This document shows, piece by piece, positions 1 through 11,826 of a stretch of 64,000 bases of DNA; the first letter of the stretch is position 1, and each line of letters starts with the position of its first letter. The position numbers and the translations under genes were made by a program. The DNA is from Methylotenera sp. GTDB lineage: Bacteria > Pseudomonadota > Gammaproteobacteria > Burkholderiales > Methylophilaceae. The stretch is taken from NCBI GenBank assembly GCA_040079935.1, contig JBEBJI010000006.1:17077-81076 (forward strand), given 5' to 3'. Under the pieces are notes generated by a model. It worked only from the letters and a program-made list of their open reading frames with translations. It had not been told where the DNA came from and made no database searches.

Positions 1-276
1 CGCAACAATATGCAGGCAAGCATAAAAAAACATAAACAAGCCCAATATTCTGCGCAATTGAATTTGCCACACCTGCCCTGTCAGCAAGCGAATTGGCGCC
101 ATGCTGAGTGTTAGTAGCAGAAAAACCAGCGCCCATGTACCAGTTGAATGCTCGACGAACTCAATTGGATTTGCGCCTAAATCTTCGTGAACCCCCAGCC
201 ATATTAAGCGTGCTAGCGGCATTAAAGCCAAAATCCATACCGCAACTTTAATGTAAATAATTTGCTGTTTATTCAT
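1..276 (-). CDS. msrQ: Heme-binding membrane subunit MsrQ (partial, runs off window start)
   Basis: Manual translation [63 protein letters not shown]...RRILGLFMFFYACLH; ATG overlaps the msrP stop (TAATG). Confidence 0.92.
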   Translation of the reverse strand, partial: MNKQQIIYIKVAVWILALMPLARLIWLGVHEDLGANPIEFVEHSTGTWALVFLLLTLSMAPIRLLTGQVWQIQLRRILGLFMFFYACLHIVA

Positions 277-1343
277 TAGAAATTGTTGAATAAATCCATG
301 CCAGCGTACATTTGCCCTACTTGCTCGGTATAACCATTGAACATTTTTGTTTTAATGCGACCGCCGAATAATCCAGCGCCTATTGGTTTTTCAGACGATT
401 GCGACCAACGAGGATGATCGACTACTGGATTTACATTGGCATAAAACCCGTATTCGCTAGGACCAGCTTTCACCCAAGTCGTTAGCGGTATTTTTTCTAC
501 GAAACGAATTTTAACAATAGATTTTCCGCCTTTAAAGCCATATTTCCACGGCACCACCAAGCGCACAGGCGCGCCATTTTGATTCGGCAATACTTCGCCA
601 TACAAGCCAACAGCCAGCATAGTTAGAGGATTGTTTGCTTCATCCATACGCAAGCCTTCTGTGTAAGGCCAGTCTAAAATAGGCGAACGCACACCAGGCA
701 TGGTTTTCGGGTCATTAGCAGTAATAAATTCTATGTATTTGGCATTGCCAGTCGGCTCAGCCCATTTAACTAGGCTCGCTAAAGGCAAGCCTATCCACGG
801 AATCACCATCGACCATGCCTCTACGCAACGATGGCGATAGATACGCTCTTCAAGCGGAGCAAGTTTCATCAACTCTTCGATGCTAATTGTTTTAGCTTTT
901 TTGACTTCGCCCTCAATGCTAATCGTCCAAGGACGTGGCTTAAATAGCACCGCCTCGCGTGCTGGATCAGATTTATCGGTGCCGAATTCATAGTAATTGT
1001 TATAAGTCGTCACATCTTGATATTTGGTCAGTTTTTCGCCCGCGCCGTAAGGTGTTTTAGTGTAGCTTGTGATTTTTTGGTGCGCGGAAGTGCTTGGTTT
1101 GGCAAGTTTTTCTGCTTTGGCAGGCGCATTGGCGCGCCCTACCAGCCTCGCGTCGCCTTCAGTTGTGCCGCCTGCAATATTGGCCGCGCGCGCTTTGGCA
1201 GACAATAACAGCGCTGAACCCGTAGCCAAACCAAAGCCAGCCGCTTTAATAAACTCGCGTCGGTTTTCAAAAACATCGCGTGATGTGATTTCAGATGGTT
1301 GAATACTGCTGGGATTGGTGGCAGATTTATTGGTAATAATCAC
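276..1343 (-). CDS. msrP: Methionine-sulfoxide reductase catalytic molybdoenzyme MsrP (YedY)
   Basis: Tat signal RREFIK; [45 protein letters not shown] motifs. Confidence 0.97.
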   Translation of the reverse strand: MIITNKSATNPSSIQPSEITSRDVFENRREFIKAAGFGLATGSALLLSAKARAANIAGGTTEGDARLVGRANAPAKAEKLAKPSTSAHQKITSYTKTPYGAGEKLTKYQDVTTYNNYYEFGTDKSDPAREAVLFKPRPWTISIEGEVKKAKTISIEELMKLAPLEERIYRHRCVEAWSMVIPWIGLPLASLVKWAEPTGNAKYIEFITANDPKTMPGVRSPILDWPYTEGLRMDEANNPLTMLAVGLYGEVLPNQNGAPVRLVVPWKYGFKGGKSIVKIRFVEKIPLTTWVKAGPSEYGFYANVNPVVDHPRWSQSSEKPIGAGLFGGRIKTKMFNGYTEQVGQMYAGMDLFNNF

Positions 1344-1416
1344 GGGAATGCGCCTTTTGTAAAAGTATCTGTATGACTTAGTCGTCTATTTAGCACAAAC
1401 CTTACAGATAAATATG

Positions 1417-2334
1417 CTAATTATTCAGTTTTTTAATTGAAGTTTCAATTTCAGTGGCCAAGTCACCCTCACCCGTATTTTTTGCTATTTTCAGCGCATC
1501 TGTCAGCAACACCTTAGCGTTTGCTGTATCACCGCTCAAGGCTTTAATTTGCGCCAACTCATAACTGGCTTTTGCTTCGTAATAAGCGCCGCCATTATCT
1601 TTGGCAAATTGGATGAACTTGGTGTAAATTTTTTCGGCGTTCGCATATTCCTTAGCTTTTTCATAAACTTTGCCCAAAGCCAAACTGGCATTGGCATATT
1701 GGTCTAACGTGCCAGATTTTTGCTGCATCAACATACCTTTAAGTTGATATTCAATGGCTAAATCATGTTGACCAAGCGCGCTATACGTCGTACCTAAGCG
1801 TTCAAAACTATCAGCACGCTCATTATCATTCTTCGTTAGCTTAGAGCCTGCTAAATAGCTGGCTAGTGCGGCATTTAAATCTTTGTTTTGTGCATGCGCC
1901 TCGCCGATTAAATTGTGATTTATCAACATAAATTTATTATTATTTTCAGATTCGCTAATCTTTAAGCTTTTTTCATAACTAGCAATCGCATCCATATATT
2001 TTTTGTTATCTAAGTGCAAATTGCCGATTAGCAAATACGCAATAATGGCATCAAAACTAGGCTTTGATTGCTTGGCAGCCAGCTCCAGCGTGCTTAAAGC
2101 CTCGTTATACTTACCTTGCGCGCCCAACGCCCTGCCCTTGCATAGCAAAGCATTGTGATTATTGGACTCTTGCTTCAAAATTTCATCAGCTATTACAATC
2201 GCGTTGGTGATATTGCCTTTATCTAACGCTAAATTACAAGCGGCATTTTTTTCAGAAAAGTCTTGTGCGTTTGCATTAAAACTGATAAAAAACAATACAG
2301 TAAATAGTTTTATTAAAGTAATTTCTTGTTTCAT
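1417..2334 (-). CDS. Secreted TPR-repeat protein
   Basis: Signal peptide ending ANA-Q; repeated TPR-like helices (GRALGAQGKYNEA, GNLHLDNKKYMDA, GTTYSALGQHDLA). Confidence 0.8.
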   Translation of the reverse strand: MKQEITLIKLFTVLFFISFNANAQDFSEKNAACNLALDKGNITNAIVIADEILKQESNNHNALLCKGRALGAQGKYNEALSTLELAAKQSKPSFDAIIAYLLIGNLHLDNKKYMDAIASYEKSLKISESENNNKFMLINHNLIGEAHAQNKDLNAALASYLAGSKLTKNDNERADSFERLGTTYSALGQHDLAIEYQLKGMLMQQKSGTLDQYANASLALGKVYEKAKEYANAEKIYTKFIQFAKDNGGAYYEAKASYELAQIKALSGDTANAKVLLTDALKIAKNTGEGDLATEIETSIKKLNN

Positions 2335-2358
2335 TTTTAACCTATTCTAAAAGTGTTG

Positions 2359-4431
<2,073 letters not shown>

Positions 4432-4436
4432 CTAAA

Positions 4437-5726
4437 TTAGTTGAAAAGGCGCATGCTACTTGGGCTGCCAGGCATAATGCCGCGCGCAACCATGGTGGCA
4501 TGAATCACTTTGAGTTGTTGCCGAATTTTTTCGATTTGCAAATCGCCAAGCGGTTTTTGATTATCATCCACCAAGCTAGCATTTAAGCTAGAAGCCATTT
4601 TCTGTGCAATTGCTATCATCTGGTTAAACACTTGCTCGCAATTGCTAACCTTGGGAATTTCAATTTGAAAAGTGACACTTTTTAGCACATTGCTACGCAA
4701 ACTATCGGCAGTGAATGGCACATTGTTGGTATCAATCGCGCTAAATAAGGGCACTTCGTTGCTGTAAAAATGAAATTTTCCGTCTTCTTTCAGTGTCATG
4801 CCACTGGCTTCAGCCAAGCCTTTGAATTTTGTGCCATGAATCGGCGCTTCGCCTTGCGCGACATGCACGCTAATCATTTGATCAACTTCAATACAAAACT
4901 GATCCAGCTCAATCGCGCGCTGAAGCGCATCGCCACTGCCCTGCCACTCGACGTGAGCATTTAACTCTAAGCCTGCATCTTCTACTGCAAATTGAAATTT
5001 ATTCAGCAAGTTTTTTGCAATCGGCCCGCCTCTGTCGGCAAGCTGGACGCTGCATGCCACTTGTTTAAAAGTGGTAGCAGCGTTTTCATTCACTAAATGC
5101 CATTTATCTTGGTTATCCATGCCATGCAGCATAATCGGCAAGTTAATTCCCGCCAATGACGTGCTAAGCGCAGCTAAATCCTTAGCTGCAATATTTTTGG
5201 TGAGATAAAAAATCGCGCTTAAATCAATTTGTGGGTGCGTAACTTCAGGTAAATTGACCTGCATGTGCTGAATTTGTTCGTGCAACACCGCTTTAATGAT
5301 GGGTTCTGCGACAATTTTAGGTTCTGGGCTTGGTTCTGATTTCAGTTCGGCCTGCGCCGCATACTCTGCATCAGCTACTTCTCTGGATTGGCGCGCGCTG
5401 GCTTCTTGCGCCTCGACGGCTTTGGTAAAAACATCGCTGTTAAAGTCTTTTGTCTTCGGCTCAACGATGGTAGGCACATCAAAAGCTTTGGCAGCACTTG
5501 CATGTTCAGTTTGGTTGAATTTTTCGGTAACTTCTGCAAGCTCCCTATCCACCATATAAGCGTCGGCATTGATATGAAAATCATCTGCCAACACGTCTTT
5601 TTGCGGCACAATAAATTCATTGTTGACTTCATGGCGCAACTTTCTTTCTTGCATCCAGTTGTAAACCACAACTCCTGCAATTATAAATCCGCCTAAAATG
5701 ATCAGCCCTACTTGTAAATCTGACAT
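4437..5726 (-). CDS. zipA: Cell division protein ZipA-like (N-terminal anchor, C-terminal FtsZ-binding domain)
   Basis: N-terminal TM, acidic/Pro linker, C-terminal LVDDNQKPL; smc-zipA-ligA synteny. Confidence 0.8.
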   Translation of the reverse strand: MSDLQVGLIILGGFIIAGVVVYNWMQERKLRHEVNNEFIVPQKDVLADDFHINADAYMVDRELAEVTEKFNQTEHASAAKAFDVPTIVEPKTKDFNSDVFTKAVEAQEASARQSREVADAEYAAQAELKSEPSPEPKIVAEPIIKAVLHEQIQHMQVNLPEVTHPQIDLSAIFYLTKNIAAKDLAALSTSLAGINLPIMLHGMDNQDKWHLVNENAATTFKQVACSVQLADRGGPIAKNLLNKFQFAVEDAGLELNAHVEWQGSGDALQRAIELDQFCIEVDQMISVHVAQGEAPIHGTKFKGLAEASGMTLKEDGKFHFYSNEVPLFSAIDTNNVPFTADSLRSNVLKSVTFQIEIPKVSNCEQVFNQMIAIAQKMASSLNASLVDDNQKPLGDLQIEKIRQQLKVIHATMVARGIMPGSPSSMRLFN

Positions 5727-5820
5727 ATTCTTTTTATTTTACTTCTAAATGTAATAAATTTTCATTTTTTCGATTTTTTAACTTGTTTACTCAACAAAAT
5801 CAAGCATGCCCAGTTTTTAT

Positions 5821-8800
5821 TCACAAATGTATGGCCATTGCAGCTTCAATATCCACATCAACAATGCGCGACACGCCAGATTCTTGCATAGTAACACCAA
5901 TGAGCTGTTGCGCCATTTCCATGGTGATTTTATTGTGCGAAACAAACAAAAATTGCGTTTTTTCGGACATTTTTTTTACCATATTGCAAAAACGCTCCGT
6001 GTTGCTGTCATCCAGCGGCGCATCTACTTCGTCCATCAAGCAGAATGGTGCTGGGTTTAGCTTAAACAGTGCGAACACCAACGCCAGCGCGGTTAACGCT
6101 TTTTCGCCGCCACTTAACAGTTGAATCGTCGTGTTCTTTTTGCCTGGCGGTTGCGCAAAAACTTGCAAACCAGTATCTAAAATCTCGTCGCCAAGCAATT
6201 CCAGCTTGCCTTGGCCGCCGCCAAACAGCGTGCTAAAAAGCTCGCCAAAATGTTGATTCACCGTGTTAAATGTTTGCATCAGCTTGTCGCGCGTTTCGCG
6301 GTCAATCTTCTTAATCGCATCTTCCAAGGTTTCAGTCGCCTGCACCAAATCCAACATCTGACTATCTAAATAAACTTTTCGTTCCGATTCTGTGGCCAGC
6401 TCTTGTATTGCGGCCATATTCACTGGACCGATTTCCTCAATTTGCTGCTGTAATTGGTTAGTTTTGCGCAATAATTCGCTAGTTTTTGCGTTCTCTGCCA
6501 AGCCCTGTGCCAACTCTTGCTCATTCACACCGTTTTCCTGCAAGCCAGCTTGGCATTGCTCAAAATGCAGACGCGCCTCTTGCTCGTTTAAGCGGCTTTG
6601 CTCTACGCTATCGCGCATTGGGTGCAATTGCTGCTCATTCTGCATCCGCACACGCTCAAGCGCTTGCATGACAGTTTCTGCGCCAGCCAAATGGTTGCGT
6701 GCTTCTGCCAGCGCGGTTTCGCGCAATTGCTTGGCGTTAATCGCCTCGCCAAGATTGGTTTTTAGGGTTTCCATCGGCGTCAGTTTCAAGGTTTGTTCGG
6801 CTTCTGATTGACGCAACAAAAATACAGTTTTTTCTTCACTATTTACATTAATTTTATTATTTAATTCATTGATATTATTATTAATTATTTTTGAATTAAA
6901 GTTTTCTTCTTGATATATTTTTTCTGCTTGTTGTATGGAATCGCGCAACGCTGAATAAACAACTTCGGCTTGTTGTTTAGCAGTTAAATCATCATTTTTA
7001 GCTAATTCTAGTGGCTCAAGAAGTGTCGAAACTGCTTGCAAAGCCGCTTGTTTATTAGCTTCTTCGTTGGTAAGTTGTGTTAATTTTGTGTTTGTTGCCG
7101 CAATCTCCGCCTTAATACTGGCTTCGCGTTCCAACGCTGATTGTTGTGCATGTTGCAAACGCGCCAATTCCAACTGTTGTTGATAATGCAAACTAGACGC
7201 AGTTTTAAGTTGCGTATTTTCCTGCTGTTGTTGCGCTCTCACCGCATGGATATTGGTCTCTGCAGTAGTTAAAGCTTCAGTTAATTTGCTTAAATTCTCT
7301 TGTAGTTTAGGTAAGTTTCTCTGCAATTTTTCTAGTTGTTGCTGACGTTCCAACACGCCATGCAAGCTAGAATTTTCGCCGTGATACGTAACGCTGTGAC
7401 GACTAAAAATGTCGCCTTGCGCATTCACCAAGATTTCACCTAAATTAAGATGATTAACAGCTTTTTCAGGAGCATCGCCGGGAGCCAATATCCATGAGCC
7501 TTCCAGCCAATCGGCTAAAATCGGTTTTAAATCTGCATCGCACTCTTTAATCACGCTTATCAATGGTGTTAAATGTGCGTTTTGTGAAGATTTAGCACTT
7601 TCAGAGGATGCCCTGTAGCCCAATACCAGCGCGGCTGGTGGACGTGCTCCTAAATCACCTTTTTCTGAAATCAGGGCATTCAATTTTGCGCCCAGTACCG
7701 CTTCCAGCGCCACGCTCCAAGTTTCATCAATTTTAATTTTTTGCCACAAACGTGCGTTATTTTTTAAACCCTTGCTGGAAAGCCAATCGCTCAGTTTTCC
7801 CTCAGAATTGACAGATTGTTGCAGTTTTTGAAGCGAATGAATCTCTGCATCGGCTTGATTTAACGCGCGTTGCGCTTGATTTTGCTGCTCGCGCAGTTCG
7901 CTAATTTTAGTTTGCAATGCTGTTTCGTCTACACGCTGTTTTTGCACTGCAGTTTCAATGTTAGAAACGGCCTGTGCAGCTTGTTTTAAAGCGTTTTCGC
8001 TGGTTTTTAGTTGCGCTGCATCTGGTAGCGACAAATTCGCCAAATCGGTCTGCAGGCCTGCAATGCGTTGTTTATTCTCGGCAATGCTTTGCGCGATAAA
8101 GTTGAGGTTGCTGGTTTCTATTTGAATGTGCTGATTCGCCTCCACCAGTGCATGCTGGCTGCTTTGCGCGCGTTCAGTCGCGGTTTGCAGTGCCTGCGCT
8201 TTTTCTGGCAACTTTTGTTTAAGCGCTTCTAATGCTGTTTTTGCTTGCAGTTCAGCCTGCGTTGCGGTTTCTAGTTCTGCTTGTTTTTGCACTAAACTCT
8301 GCTGAAAGTCCGCGCCAAAGCTAGCATTGCGCTCAAGTGATTGTGTGAGTTGCGCCAATTGTTGCGCCATGCGTTCGCGTGCCTCGGTGTTTTGTTTTAC
8401 TTGATTTTCTAAGTTAGAAACTTCCGCATTCGCCTCGTAATAAGCGGCTTGCGCGGTATTAATACCCTCGCTGGCCGCATAATGTGCTTGGCGACTTTGT
8501 TCAAGCTCAGCTTCGCTTTTGCGCAATTCTGCCGTTTGCGCTTCCAAGGCGTTCACCAATTTATCGACTTGCGCTTTGGTTTTCTCCCAATCTCGGCTGG
8601 CATCCCGTTTTTTTAATAACCAAAGTTGCCCATCCGCCAGCTTATAAGCGGCTTGTAGGGCATGAAATTGCTGCGTCACAACAGCTTGCGATTCTAATTT
8701 GGTGATTTGTTTTTGCAGCTCACGGCAAATATCTTCTACGCGCACCAAGTTTTCGCGCGTATCACGCAGGCGCAGTTCGGTTTCACGACGACGCTCTTTA

Positions 8801-9318
8801 TATTTGCTAATGCCCGCGGCTTCTTCTAAAAACACGCGCAGCTCTTCTGGCTTCGCTTCGACAATTCTGCCGATGGTATTTTGGCCGATAATCGCGTAGG
8901 CACGGCCACCCAAGCCAGTTCCCATGAATAAATCTGAAATGTCGCGACGTCTTACTGCGGTATTGTTGATGTAATAAGTTGAGCCTTTTTCGCGCTCAAT
9001 GACGCGTTTAACGCTAATCTCCGCGTATTGGCTCCATTCGCCAGCAGCGCCGCCGAGGCTGTTATCAAAAATAAGCTCTACAGAAGCTCTAGATATAGGT
9101 TTGCGATTGCTTGAACCATTAAAAATCACCGCATCCATCGCGTCTGCGCGCATTTCTTTGGCGGAAGATTCACCCAACACCCAGCGTACCGATTCCATGA
9201 CGTTGGATTTACCGCAACCATTTGGCCCCACAACGCCCACGCGCTGACCGTGCAGGTGAATGGTGGTGGGATCTACAAACGATTTAAAGCCGGCAAGTTT
9301 TAAGTGAGTTAAGCGCAA
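5821..9318 (-). CDS. smc: Chromosome segregation protein SMC
   Basis: GPNGCGKS Walker A, coiled coils and hinge, LSGGEK signature, LMDEVDAPLD. Confidence 0.99.
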   Translation of the reverse strand: MRLTHLKLAGFKSFVDPTTIHLHGQRVGVVGPNGCGKSNVMESVRWVLGESSAKEMRADAMDAVIFNGSSNRKPISRASVELIFDNSLGGAAGEWSQYAEISVKRVIEREKGSTYYINNTAVRRRDISDLFMGTGLGGRAYAIIGQNTIGRIVEAKPEELRVFLEEAAGISKYKERRRETELRLRDTRENLVRVEDICRELQKQITKLESQAVVTQQFHALQAAYKLADGQLWLLKKRDASRDWEKTKAQVDKLVNALEAQTAELRKSEAELEQSRQAHYAASEGINTAQAAYYEANAEVSNLENQVKQNTEARERMAQQLAQLTQSLERNASFGADFQQSLVQKQAELETATQAELQAKTALEALKQKLPEKAQALQTATERAQSSQHALVEANQHIQIETSNLNFIAQSIAENKQRIAGLQTDLANLSLPDAAQLKTSENALKQAAQAVSNIETAVQKQRVDETALQTKISELREQQNQAQRALNQADAEIHSLQKLQQSVNSEGKLSDWLSSKGLKNNARLWQKIKIDETWSVALEAVLGAKLNALISEKGDLGARPPAALVLGYRASSESAKSSQNAHLTPLISVIKECDADLKPILADWLEGSWILAPGDAPEKAVNHLNLGEILVNAQGDIFSRHSVTYHGENSSLHGVLERQQQLEKLQRNLPKLQENLSKLTEALTTAETNIHAVRAQQQQENTQLKTASSLHYQQQLELARLQHAQQSALEREASIKAEIAATNTKLTQLTNEEANKQAALQAVSTLLEPLELAKNDDLTAKQQAEVVYSALRDSIQQAEKIYQEENFNSKIINNNINELNNKINVNSEEKTVFLLRQSEAEQTLKLTPMETLKTNLGEAINAKQLRETALAEARNHLAGAETVMQALERVRMQNEQQLHPMRDSVEQSRLNEQEARLHFEQCQAGLQENGVNEQELAQGLAENAKTSELLRKTNQLQQQIEEIGPVNMAAIQELATESERKVYLDSQMLDLVQATETLEDAIKKIDRETRDKLMQTFNTVNQHFGELFSTLFGGGQGKLELLGDEILDTGLQVFAQPPGKKNTTIQLLSGGEKALTALALVFALFKLNPAPFCLMDEVDAPLDDSNTERFCNMVKKMSEKTQFLFVSHNKITMEMAQQLIGVTMQESGVSRIVDVDIEAAMAIHL
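7230..7268 (+). repeat. 39-bp repeat, core-intact copy inside smc
   Basis: ...CACC GCATGGATATT GGTCTCTGCAG (ETNIHAV). Confidence 0.65.
7473..7511 (-). repeat. 39-bp repeat, copy inside smc
   Basis: CATCGCCGGGAGCC AATATCCATGA GCCTTCCAGCCAAT (GSWILAPGDA). Confidence 0.65.
7608..7646 (-). repeat. 39-bp repeat, arm-intact copy inside smc
   Basis: ATGCCCTGTAGCCC AATACCAGCGC GGCTGG (AALVLGYRA). Confidence 0.6.
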
Positions 9319-9393
9319 ATTTAATGAGTCGAATTAGGTTTAGATTTTTAAGCGTTATAATAACGTTTTTTTAAGCCAAAAACCGCATTTACT

Positions 9394-9843
9394 ATGACCA
9401 ATTCGCAAACTTTAGGCGCAAAACCCACTGCGCAACCCAGCAAAGATTTAGAAACTTTCCCCAACCCAGCGCCTACGCGCGATTTTCATATTCACATGGA
9501 AATCCCCGAGTTTACTTGCTTGTGCCCCAAAACTGGCCAGCCAGATTTTGCCACCATTTATTTAGATTACATTCCCGATGCGCTTTGCGTAGAGTTAAAA
9601 AGTTTAAAGCTATATATTTGGAGCTTTCGCGATGAAGGTTGCTTTCACGAAGCAGTCACCAACCAAATTTTGGATGATTTAGTCGCGGCAACAAGCCCTA
9701 AATTTATGCGCGTGACAGCCAAGTTTTTTGTACGCGGCGGCATATTCACCAATGTAGTTGCAGAACACCGCAAAACAGGCTGGCAACCGCAAACACGCGT
9801 CGATTTAACACAGTTTGAATCGCAAAAGAATACGCGCGGCTAA
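9394..9843 (+). CDS. queF: NADPH-dependent preQ0 reductase (short type)
   Basis: [15 protein letters not shown] and VELKSLKLY motifs. Confidence 0.97.
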   Translation: MTNSQTLGAKPTAQPSKDLETFPNPAPTRDFHIHMEIPEFTCLCPKTGQPDFATIYLDYIPDALCVELKSLKLYIWSFRDEGCFHEAVTNQILDDLVAATSPKFMRVTAKFFVRGGIFTNVVAEHRKTGWQPQTRVDLTQFESQKNTRG

Positions 9844-9847
9844 CGCT

Positions 9848-9916
9848 TGTCATTGCGGGCTAGACCCGCAATCTGAAGGTTGAATTTATTAGATTCTGAC
9901 TTTCGTCAGAATGACA
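9848..9916. repeat. Inverted pair of GTCATT-headed (CGTC-class) REP-like palindromes
   Basis: TGTCATTGCGGGCTAGACCCGCAATC (9848-9873) and reverse-oriented GATTCTGACTTTCGTCAGAATGACA (9892-9916), just after the queF stop. Confidence 0.7.
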
Positions 9917-9957
9917 GAATGAGGGCTTAATTAAGCTCGCTAGCGCGCAGAATTTAA

Positions 9958-9992
9958 TTGACTTTTGCCCTGCTCGTCATTAATATTGCGCC
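9958..9992 (+). promoter_or_regulatory. sigma70 promoter of tRNA-Ala with GC-rich discriminator
   Basis: TTGACT-17 nt-TAATAT followed by TGCGCC. Confidence 0.75.
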
Positions 9993-10039
9993 TTCTCGAA
10001 TTGTTGCCAATTTAAGAATCTGAATTTTAGTAGGTAAAC

Positions 10040-10115
<76 letters not shown>

Positions 10116-10218
10116 ATTTTGGCACCAAATTGGCAATGATTTCGTTAGAGAAAATGCAGTAAATGGTGTAAAATACGCCCTGTTTTATGTAGCAAGCAGT
10201 ATCGGTTTAAATTCCAAG

Positions 10219-10294
10219 GTCCCCATCGTCTAGAGGCCTAGGACACCTCCCTTTCACGGAGGCGACCGGGGTTCGAATCCCCGTGGGGACGCCA
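10219..10294 (+). tRNA. tRNA-Glu(TTC)
   Basis: 76 nt GTCCCCATCGTCTAGAGG...GGGGACGCCA, anticodon TTC. Confidence 0.98.
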
Positions 10295-10305
10295 AAAACT
10301 AAAAC

Positions 10306-10332
10306 GCCACCGCAAGGTGGCTTTTTCGTTTT
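10306..10332 (+). terminator. Intrinsic terminator after tRNA-Glu
   Basis: GCCACC-GCAA-GGTGGC then T-tract. Confidence 0.8.
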
Positions 10333-10586
10333 TGTGGCTTCGCCACGAGGTACTTCGAGAAACCTGATGGGTTCGACTAAGCAATCACTGATTGCTTGGA
10401 CGCGTAGCATAGCGAGGCGGTCTTGAGCGGCAGCGAAAGATGACAGAATCGCTTAATGCGAGACTGACACAGAACCCCGCAGGTCGCGTGCGAATAAGGG
10501 GCTTCAGCACCTATATTCCATGGTGAAGACACTTGCGGTCTATTCAACTAAGCAATACCAGATTGAGTTTGCTAAACTTGGAAAGG

Positions 10587-11123
10587 CTAGCCAATATTAG
10601 TTAAATCATGATTTATCAGTGTCGTTTCAATCAAATTTAAACGATACTCAATAAGAACTACTACTTGCCGACCCAGCATTTGAAGCGCGCTACGTTGTTC
10701 AAATGTTAAATGTCTTGGGGTAGTGTCAATTACACACAGTGTACCGAAAGCATATCCATCCTTTGTGATAAGTGGCATGCCAGCATAAAAACGAATTTGG
10801 GGTTCGCTGGCAACTAAAGGATTCTTGCGAAATCGTTCATCATTTAACGCATCAGGTATTTCGAATAGTTTACTTTCTAAAATTGCATGAGTACAAAATG
10901 AGTCTTTACGAGGTGTTTCAGAAACATTTAGACCGATATTACTTTTAAACCACTGACGGGTATCATCTAAAAGCGTAATAAGCGCAATCGGAGTTTCGCA
11001 GATTTGCGAAGCAAGTTTGGTAAAGTCGTCAAAAACTTCCTCAGACGAAGTGTCTAATAGTCTGGATCGTTTTAAAGCTGCGAGGCGCTGAATCTCGTTT
11101 ATAGGAACGATAGGTGATTCCAT
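10587..11123 (-). CDS. Stand-alone GAF-domain protein
   Basis: NEIQRLAAL...FDDFTKLASQIC...RQWFKS...SFCTHAI...RFYAGMPL...GTLCVID. Confidence 0.88.
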   Translation of the reverse strand: MESPIVPINEIQRLAALKRSRLLDTSSEEVFDDFTKLASQICETPIALITLLDDTRQWFKSNIGLNVSETPRKDSFCTHAILESKLFEIPDALNDERFRKNPLVASEPQIRFYAGMPLITKDGYAFGTLCVIDTTPRHLTFEQRSALQMLGRQVVVLIEYRLNLIETTLINHDLTNIG

Positions 11124-11365
11124 AGTTACCTTATTTGTCTAAAAATTTTAGAACTAGTGAGTCAAAATATGCTTATATATTTAATATGTCAACTATAAAA
11201 TTACCTGTCGGTATATTAATCATCGTTTGTTACAAAACTGTATCCAGTTTGTAGAAATTATTCTTTGAATAATAAGCATTTAAAGATGGCTTATGATGCT
11301 CAAATTAAGCACTAAGTCTAACCGCGTAAGGCGTAATACGCCGTATGGCTTACTTGCTGATTTCT

Positions 11366-11400
11366 CATGCGGCGCATTGGGTAAACTAATACGCCCTACA
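11366..11400 (-). repeat. GTAG-class REP-like palindrome
   Basis: Minus strand reads TGTAGGGCGTATTAGTTTACCCAATGCGCC; related GTAAGGCGTAATACGCC on plus strand at 11326-11342. Confidence 0.45.
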
Positions 11401-11526
11401 AATTCAAAAAACCTGCCCTGCGAGTCGCATAGATATTGCCTTCCAGAGCATCTTTTTTTAGCGCTGGTAAATACTATTATATAATTCCACTCTCTAAAAT
11501 TACCAAGCCAAAACATTAGGACAACC

Positions 11527-11820
11527 ATGATCGCAGCCACTAACATTAATCTAAAAGTTCCATTTAACGAGAAAGACCAAGCTAAATCGCTGGGTGCGCG
11601 TTGGAATGCGGAGGCTAAGCTTTGGTATGTGCCGCAGGGCGTGGATGCGGCGCCTTTTGAAAAGTGGGTGACTTCTGCCACCAATTCAGCGCCAAATATT
11701 TCACCTAAGCAAGCTGCCGTTAAACCTGCAATGCAAGAAAATACGCCGTTAGGCGATGATATAGACGCCATTAACGCTAGGCTGCGCGATGCTTATGAGT
11801 CAAATGAGGATGCGTTTTAG
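11527..11820 (+). CDS. DUF5710-like domain protein
   Basis: LKVPFNEKDQAKSLGARWNAEAKLWYVP resembles the DUF5710 pattern. Confidence 0.75.
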   Translation: MIAATNINLKVPFNEKDQAKSLGARWNAEAKLWYVPQGVDAAPFEKWVTSATNSAPNISPKQAAVKPAMQENTPLGDDIDAINARLRDAYESNEDAF

Positions 11821-11826
11821 TATTGC

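Noticed and set aside
10207-10410. 67-aa minus-strand ORF
   Set aside because: Antisense shadow of tRNA-Glu and its terminator.
11280-11771. 163-aa minus ORF and 63-aa plus ORF at 11293
   Set aside because: No recognisable motifs; they overlap the REP-like sequence and the better-supported DUF5710-like gene.
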